This document shows positions 55,708 through 64,000 of a stretch of 64,000 bases of DNA, piece after piece. The notes beneath the pieces were generated by a model. That model did not search any database. It saw only the letters and a program-made list of their open reading frames with translations, and was not told the origin of the DNA. Source of the stretch: Macrostomum lignano (lineage: Eukaryota); assembly GCA_002269645.1 (NCBI GenBank), contig NIVC01001444.1, positions 224,673-288,672 of the forward strand, read 5' to 3'. Position 1 is the first letter of the stretch; each line of letters begins with the position of its first letter. Made by a program: the position numbers and the translations under genes.

Positions 55708-56477
55708 GGCCCATTCCATATAAGATGGACATATTTGGAAAATAGAAAAAAGTCAATGTTTTTGCTTGTCATTGCCTTATCAACCAATTTTTTACCAAAT
55801 CTTTTTTGTATGTAATGTATACAATCTAAGAATAAATAAATGATAAAATGTTGGATTAGTATGTTATCAATTGGCAAAAAGTTATTTTTGTAAAAAAATG
55901 GACATTTTCTAAGCAAAAGACATTATTAAGTTTATGTACCTTTTAAAAACAAATAGAAAGCTTTAGAAGGTTAAAACAAACTATATATAAAATTATAGTG
56001 CTTGCATCATCAGATAAAAACATTAGCAACCATATAATGTATTATATTTTTAATATATTAGTACTTCAGTTACTGAATTGACAGAAAAAAATATGTTATG
56101 ACCATAAGGCTGCCTTTTCTTTTGTATGTTTGTTGTCTTTTTGAGTTTATATATTCTAATAAAAGAGTATGACTTCTAAAGATGTTCTTAGTCAAATTTA
56201 AAAAAACTATTGCAAAATATCAAAAATGAAAAATGTTATAAGACTTTTACCTTTTCGTTTCTACATGTCAAAAATCCTATTGTTACAACCATAAGTGCCA
56301 TTCAAGGTTTAATAGCATCTATACTAATGATGATATCTATATGAAACTTTATAAACATATTCTTGACAAAATAATCTTTCATTCAAAATATTGGTTTAGT
56401 ATATTCTATTATTAGATTTCATTTTATAAGTACAAATAGTCTGTCATGTTACGACCATAATTATATGGAATGGCCCC
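55708..56477. mobile_element. Putative non-autonomous DNA transposon (MITE)
   Basis: Terminal inverted match ggcccattccatataa / ttatatggaatggccc around AT-rich non-coding DNA. Confidence 0.45.
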
Positions 56478-57089
56478 ATAGAGTTAAGAGATGGAAAACT
56501 AAGCTCTTTTTCTATAATCTTTCTATCCTAAATTTTATCTAACTCAACACATAGATTTGCAAAACCCCAAATAACCTTTAACCCTCACACTTAGCAACCT
56601 ACTAGAACTAAAAAAATTCATGTACAACTAGAAAAGTGAGTCCCAGATTTTTATTGCTTAAACCCCCACCATTGTTAACCACGCGAAGACATCCCACTGG
56701 CAGTGGGGAAGGTCAAAATGGCCAATTGGCCTATCTCAAACTGGAGTGGCACTTTGTTTTTCCTGTACAGTTTTTAGATCTCAACTCACTCCTTTTGTAT
56801 TGGTCTATGGACTATCCAGTTGGCTCAAATTCAAGTCTTAAACCCAGTTATTTTCCTTGAAGTTACACAGAGCAAAATACTTGTGAGATTCAAATTCAGC
56901 CTAGATACTAGAAGATACTATCAGTTTATACAGTTTTCTCTGGTGGCCTGATAAGAGATAAAGAGCTGTTAGAACCTTAGACCACTAGACCTAGATTTTA
57001 GAAAGTAAGACTAACACTTAAGCCTTAGAGAAAATGTGTATAAGTTTTGTTTCATTCTTGGGACATGGTGTTGATGTTACTACCATGAT

Positions 57090-57103
57090 GTATATATATA
57101 TGT

Positions 57104-57145
<42 letters not shown>

Positions 57146-57195
57146 TATATTATATAATAATATATAAATATATAAATATAAATATAATATATAAT
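57090..57195. repeat. (TA)n-rich microsatellite
   Basis: tatata run. Confidence 0.9.
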
Positions 57196-57564
57196 CCCAC
57201 CTGCAATCCCACCTCCCACATTGTAATCCCACCTGCTGAGATTGTACCTGCTGCCAAGCTGCTAAATCTGATGGATGGCACATTCCCTTTGCACTACATG
57301 TATGATATGACTTATCTTGAAGAGTTCCTTTGATGTCGCATGTACCCTACCAACGTCTTTGGTCATACATGCCCAACAACACCTGTCCGACCCGTCCAAA
57401 CCAGATGGGTGAAATGGCTACCAGCCAAGGTAAGTCGCAAAATTGAAATGGGAAAAACAAAAAATTGGGGGAAGAAAGAAAGGAGAGGAAGAGAAAAGGA
57501 AAAGAAAGGAAGGAGAGAGGGAAAGAGGAGAGAGAAAGAGAAAGAGAAGAAAAGAGAACAGAGG

Positions 57565-57812
57565 AACTAAGTAGCAATTAGGAGGAACTAAGTTGCAATC
57601 AGGAGGAACTAAGTCGCAATCGGGAGGAATTAAGTCACAATCGGGAGGCACTAAGTCACAATCAGGAGGAACTAAGTCGCAATTAGGAGGAACTAAATCA
57701 CAATTGAGAGGAACTAATTTGCAATCAGGAGGAACTAAGTCGCAATCGGGAGGAACTAAGTTGCAATTGGGAGGAACTAAGTCGCAATTGGGAGGAACTA
57801 AGTTGCAATTGG
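57565..57812. repeat. 21-bp minisatellite
   Basis: ggaggaactaagtcgcaat(c/t)(a/g). Confidence 0.88.
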
Positions 57813-57829
57813 AAGATTTTTTGCCTGTC

Positions 57830-58400
57830 CTCTAGGCATTGCAGTAGTGTATCTAGGCATTGTATATATGGCAAATTTTCAAAGGCATGATACATAGAAG
57901 GCTCCAATTTGTGTGCAGCACAATGGTGTTGGAAGAAATTGTTTTTTGCCCATGGTTTTAGCAAACTTGTAAGTCCAACCTAATTTCCTGTCATCACAGA
58001 TGCTTTATCTGTTGTAACACCTTGTGGGTTGTTGCATCTGCAACATCTCAATCTCAATTTTTGCATTCTACACAGATAGATCTCTATTAGAAGCAACAAC
58101 CTCTGGATTTTGCACCGCCATTAACAGTTTCTCTCTGTGTGGGATGGTGATGCTTCTAGTTCTCTTGAATGTGCTACAGATGCACCATCACCTGATCCCT
58201 AGGCTGCACTTAAGATTGCTGGTAAATTTTATTCTAATATTCAATGTGTACCAGAATCATCATTAACTTTCCAGGAGTTTCACGACCAAGTTTCCATCAT
58301 GTAAAGAGCAATGGCTTTTGCTCTTCAGCTACAGAAAGGGGGCACCAGTTGATAGAATAGTCTTCATGGCCTTTTTCATCCCATTCACATGCAGGATTCA
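57830..58400 (-). pseudogene. hAT-superfamily transposase remnant
   Basis: Minus strand TDKASVMTGN*VGLTSLL...HHCAAHKLE, resembling hAT DGASVM.G and HC.AH.LEL motifs; internal stops. Confidence 0.55.
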
Positions 58401-58405
58401 GTATA

Positions 58406-59708
58406 TGAGGGCTGAGCAATAAGTTTCTGGGTGTGCATAGTTGAGAGGCAGCTGACAAAATCTGACACCATGGGTGTAAATTACATTATATAAGTACAAT
58501 GTTTGTAAAGTTTCAAACACACTGGTCATATATAGCCAGTGCAGCATCCCAAACCAAGCTAGCATAGCCACCCTATCTATCAAATTCACAATGGAGCTCA
58601 ATAGGAGTCATTTTAGAGCAATGATTTATTACCATTTTAAAAGTGGTTTGCGGCAGCAAGAAAGTCTTGAGCGATTGCGAGGAGCATTTGGGATGAAACA
58701 TTATCTAGATCCACCATTTTTGACTGGTTTGCCAAATTTTGATGTGGCAGGCAGAGTCTGGATGATGAGGAGCACAGCGGCTGGTCTGTCTCCACAATGA
58801 CTGAGGATAATGTTGCTGCTGTCCAGGCCATGGTTGAGGATGATGCCCAAGTGACTAGCCCAGATAGAGGCAGAGGTGGGTATTTCATAAGGATCCATCA
58901 GGACGATCCTGCATTCACATCTTAACCTAAGCAAGATTTCTGCACGCTGGGTGCCTCATCAGCTGACTCTGGAGCAGGAGGCTCGGGTGACCTGGTGTCA
59001 CACTATGCTCAATAGATTCAATGGAGGCAGCTCAAACTCATCTGGATATTGTCAGTGTGACGAGTCCTAGATCCATAGTTTCGACCCGGAGACTAAGCAG
59101 CAGTCGGCCCAGTGGACTCCAGTTGGTGGCACCTCACCATCTCAGCTTTGGCGAGCGAGAGCACAGCATGGTAAAACAGATGGTGGCCGTTTTTGTGGTG
59201 AAAACTGGTCACCTGGCCAGGGTTCCACTCGTGCAGCAGCGCACAGTCACCGGTGACTGGTACGCCAATGTTTGCCTGCCAGAAATGCTGAGCGCTCTCT
59301 CCAGGCATCACCCAAGGACTCGAGCTTGGGGCATCCTTCTCCATCACGACAACGCCCTGGCCCACAAGGCTCGACAGGTGGCAGAGTTCCTGGCCAGAGA
59401 GCGCATTCAAGAGCTTGGTCATCCACCCTACAGCCCCAACCTGGCCCCCTGCAACTTTTTTGTGTTTCCACAAATCAAGCACAAGATGCGTGGAATCCGC
59501 TATGGATCACCAGAAGCTGCAGTGGAGGCTTTCATCTGGCATGTGGAGGAGGTGCCTGCTTCAGATTGGTCTAGCTGCTTCAGCAAGTGGTAAAGCGCAT
59601 GAAAATTTATATCAAATCTGCTGGAGAGTACTTTGAAATGATGTAACTGTTTTTTCTCTCTAACTATTTCTGTCTGGGCACATCCAGAAACTTATTGCTT
59701 AGCCCTTA
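58406..59708 (+). mobile_element. Degenerate mariner element (1303 bp)
   Basis: 31-bp TIRs with 3 mismatches (tgagggctgagcaataagtttctgggtgtgc), TA flanks; fragments MELNRSHFRAMIYY, RWVPHQL, HHDNA, YSPNLAPCN with frameshifts. Confidence 0.9.
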
Positions 59709-62700
59709 TATAGTCAGGTACAGGTCTATCTTTAAGTGAAGTATATAATGACTCAAAGAATATACACTTTAGTCCTTCAGTGTGGTGGTACATAGGTAAG
59801 TTGCAAATCTGGACAAAACTAAGTCGCACCAGACAGGTGAAATTTTGAGGTTGGGCATGTATGTCTTTGGTGCAGTGCTATATTGGATTGCCTATTACTA
59901 TCCCCTACATTCAAAAGTAAAAATAATTTCGCGAAACAAACTGCAACATTGCCTTAAAGAGTTATCTACCTTTAAAATAATATTAATATAGCTATAGAGT
60001 TGGCTTAAAATTATATAAAGGTAAAAATATGGTTTTTGTATTTTTATCTATCCCTAGGCCTAGTCATCCTTTTTTAAATTAGGCCCTAATATTTTAGGTC
60101 ACTGGTCAGATTGTCATATTCCATTTTTTCATACCAGATAAGAAGTGACTAGAAGCAAAGTAGATTTGAAAAGTAATATGACAAAGTGACAGAATATTTA
60201 GTTATGCTAGATATTTTGTCATTAACCAATCAATCTATATAAGATTCGAGTTAATATAAAACTATTTTTTTATTAACTATAAGCTGCAGCAAGCAGAAAA
60301 CGATTGATTGCCAAATTTTATCAATCAAGATGACAAAATAACTAGGATCATTGACATTAGGATTCCAAGTAAATATGTTTAATTGCCATATTAATTCACT
60401 TGGAAGTTGGAACTAATATGATTGGTAAATGACGGAATGACTCTCTTCAGGTAGTGTATGCTAGGCCTAATTATGATGACAAAGTGACCTTAGTCAAGGT
60501 AAGCACCCCAGAAACCCCAGATGACAAAGTGGCAAATGAAAAAATGACTAGGAACCATTTTTAAAGACTAAATCAGGGACGGCAGAGCCTACCATTTTAG
60601 GGGGTGGGGCACCAGGCATAGGGCAAGGGGGGCACAGGTATCTTTGTAACTGCTAATTAGGGCCTAAAATCAGAAAAGCACTAAGAATTACCATGTGGAC
60701 TCATTTTGGAGCCACAAGCTCCTGCCACCCATGGACTAGGGGGCCTAAATAATAAAAAGTATAAGTCATAATCAAATTACTAGGGAGAGCCTACAACTTT
60801 GCTCCTGGCTGGCCCCTGCAAAAATATTCTGCGATGGCATCTAATCCGGCTATGCAAGACCTAGAGATTGACTGACTAAAGGCTTGCTGTGGACTGTGGC
60901 TCTGTCTCAGGACACAACACAACGCAAGTCAAGTGCAAATCTGGCCTTGCTTGATTATAAGAACTTCTGAATTACCAAAAAAACTTCTGCCTGCCACTGC
61001 CACTACCAGCAGCTTGCTGAGTATCTGTGGCTCTGTATTATATCTGAATACGAATATATCGTAGGGCCTATATATCCATGAGAGTCGATTGTCGTTTCCT
61101 GTAAATTAAATAAATAAATCGTTTTTTGCGCAAAGACAAGAGTAACAAACAGTGTAGTAAATACAAAAAATAATAGTGGACGATCGATTTTGTGTTACAA
61201 TTGTAGATAAAAGCATTTTCCAACACTTATGGCTAATGCAATCTAATTTACATTAGACATTATGAACTTGACGCTTGTTAGTCATTTTTTGTAGCAAACA
61301 AATTAAAATTAAAATTCATCATTTATAAAATGTGAAGCCCATTATACCTGATATAGTAGACTTTTTTGAAGTCTTAACCAACTTTTTTGTGTTAAATATA
61401 CTTAAGACTCGGAAAAATTGTCACTGTTTTAACTTTTTTAATGGGTAGGCCTAACTATCTATTGCCCCTTGCTTGCCCCTAGGCCCCAGCCCAGACAGTT
61501 GGGTTAGGCTAGGGCCAAGGGCCTAGTGCAGCGCCTAGCCTAGAAGACTACTTTTAATAGGCCTATACTTAATAAATGTCTAACCACAAAAAGAAAAAGA
61601 AATTAGGTTTTGGCATAATAAGTATAAGTATTGGCATAGGCCTATAATATAATCATATAAAATGTTTTTTCTTTTATATAGGCCTAGGCCTAATTATCAG
61701 GTAGGGGCCTATTGATTGTTATGTGCTATAGGGGTCAATTTCTTAACTATGAAATATCCTACTGCTATCACTATTATAATAAGGTTCTTGCTCTATCCTT
61801 TTGGAATAGGGCCTAGGACCCTATTGTTTAGGCCTATTTTCAAGGCTGTGATATTGAATACTGATAGTAGGACCTAGGCCCTTAGTGTTATATTATCGGC
61901 CTATCTCTTAAAATCAACTAGGCCCTAATGTCACCAAGTTGTAACAAGGATTTTTGTTCTAGTTATTAGATATAATAAGCTCTAGTATAGTACTAGCAAT
62001 CAGTGCCCCTTGTTAGGGAGCCAAAAAAATAGGCCTAGTAAAAGTTTTTTTAATAAACTATATCTCAGTGTCTCTTTGCAATATACCTTAGCAGTTCCTT
62101 GTAAGCCTTGACATGTTAGCAATTTTCTCTATAAGCCTTAATATATCAAGTTCCCCCTTTGACATCTTAGCGATACCCTTTATAAGCTTTGAAATCTTAA
62201 AAAATCTGTCAACCTAACTTTAACCCTAGCCTAACCTTACCCTAACCCTAACCCTAACCTTAACCCTAAAGCATTGGCAATTCAGTAATTCTCCCCAAGA
62301 GTTATTATACTACTAGGCCTATACCATTATAGCAGTTCCTTGTAAGCCTCAATATTATACATAAGGATTCCCAAATGAATCTTTTAACTTTGACATGGAA
62401 TGCTTCTTTTATTTTTTACATGACTCTTTTTCTATTAGCAACACCCCTTGTGAGGAGCCAACAAATAATGTAATAGAAAGTTCTGAATAAACTACTATAT
62501 ATAGCTTTTGACTTTATCCTTAGTATCTCAGTTATTCCCCCATGAGCCTTGACATCTTAGCTATTCCCCCATATTCCCATAAGCTTTTATATCAATAGTA
62601 TTTCTCCTTAAGAGTGATAGCACATCGTAGTTTCATGTGACTTTTTGTACATAACACTTCTTTTTTGACATGATGCTTTTTTGTCAAGGCTTTATTCTAC

Positions 62701-62899
62701 TTTTGAATAAACTACATGTTTAAACTATAGAGCCTTCTCTGTGCAATAACCTTAGCAATCCCCTGTGAGTCTTGACATCTTAGCTATTCCCCTTGCAAGT
62801 CTTGACATCTCAGCTATTCTAGCTATCTTGGCTTTTATTTTTGACATAATGCTTCTTTCAATTTTACACAACATTTCTTTCATTTCTGACATGATGCTT

Positions 62900-63398
62900 T
62901 TATTAGGCCTATTCCATGATACTTCTATGATTGTTTACATGACACTTCTATGATTGTTGACATGACGCTTCTATAATTGTTTACATGAAGCTTCTATGAT
63001 TGTTTACATGAAGCTTCTATGATTGTTTACATGATGACTTCTGATTGTTTACATGATGCTTCTATATTTTTTACATGACACTTCTGACTTTTTACATGAT
63101 GCTTCTATGATTCTTTACATGATGCTTCTATGATTTTTACATGACACTTCTATGATTTTTTATGACACTTCCATGATTTTTTATGACACTTCTATGATTG
63201 TTTACATGACACTTATATGATTTTTTACATGACATTTCTATGATTTTTTATGATGCTTATATGATTTTTTACATGACACTTCTATGACTTTTTATGATGC
63301 TTATATGATTATTTACATAGTGCTTCTTTTACTTTTTACATGATACTTCTATGATTGTTTATATGATGCTTCTATGATTGTTTATATGATGCTTCTAT
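62900..63398. repeat. ~22-bp AT-rich degenerate minisatellite
   Basis: tttacatga(cac/tgc)ttctatgatt. Confidence 0.85.
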
Positions 63399-64000
63399 TT
63401 AAAAACTCTTTTTGTTCTTCTGACATTAAAAAGCTTTGCCTAAAAAATTCTACTCTATGAAAATTTAAACCATCGTTGCTGCATTTAGCAGTTCAGTCTG
63501 TTTATCTCTAGGCTAGCTCTCTTGTTTTGATAGCATGAAATTTAGCACTTATATAATTCAACACTTTAAACTCCAAGCATAGAGTACATCACACAAAGCA
63601 ATCATGACATAATCAATTTCTTAGTCAGTCAGTATCTCAGTCAGTCAGTTAACAATATGGTTGTTCAATCTAAATCAAGTCTAGTGCTACGCTTCCACAT
63701 TGCATTTTCAATACTATGATGGAATTCAAGTCAGAGTTACAATTCAGTTATGATGCAATCTATTTTAGAATCAGAATTCAGCCAGTCAGTTTTTTCTAGA
63801 ATTCTTACAATGTATTTCAAGTCAAAAAATTTCCTTGACATTTGCAAAAAAAGCATGTTTTTTCAAATATTTAATGCCTTTAGCACCAAGAAAATTCTTA
63901 GCTAAGACACATTTACCATCATGGAAAAAATTCTGATTGAACAGTGCAAGTCACATAAAAATTGGTTAAGCCATTTGAAGAGAAAGAGAAAACATAAATT

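Noticed and set aside
62215-62270. (TAACCC)n as a telomere or fusion scar
   Set aside because: Only about 8 degenerate units in one orientation; too short to support the claim.

Overview
Eukaryotic (invertebrate metazoan) genomic DNA. GC-rich exons and introns filled with tandem repeats resemble a Macrostomum-like flatworm, but this is inference only. No rRNA, intact tRNA or CRISPR array was found. (1) 192-31908 (+) holds a 5'-incomplete TRPM2-type channel gene: 23 in-phase GT-AG exons encoding 1570 aa, plus two optional in-frame exons, with MHR1-4, S1-S6, TRP box, coiled coil and a C-terminal NUDT9-homology domain. Its ADP-ribose-binding and catalytic residues appear replaced at both known sites, while the S2-S3 Ca2+ site is kept. 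One intron carries a young, nearly intact Ty3/Gypsy LTR element inserted into a (GATA)n microsatellite. (2) 35492-40867 is an inverted duplication carrying two tail-to-tail, two-exon genes for an unrecognised secreted precursor (signal peptide, acidic pro-region, KR site, 6-Cys mature peptide). (3) A near-intact mariner element, an aldose 1-epimerase (GALM) gene on the minus strand, and a head-to-head melatonin-receptor-like class A GPCR gene on the plus strand follow. (4) After about 53.5 kb the sequence becomes AT-rich and strongly CpG-depleted, with only decayed DNA transposons (mariner, hAT) and simple repeats. The two best leads are the putatively ADPR-blind TRPM2 paralog and the duplicated cysteine-rich peptide precursors.
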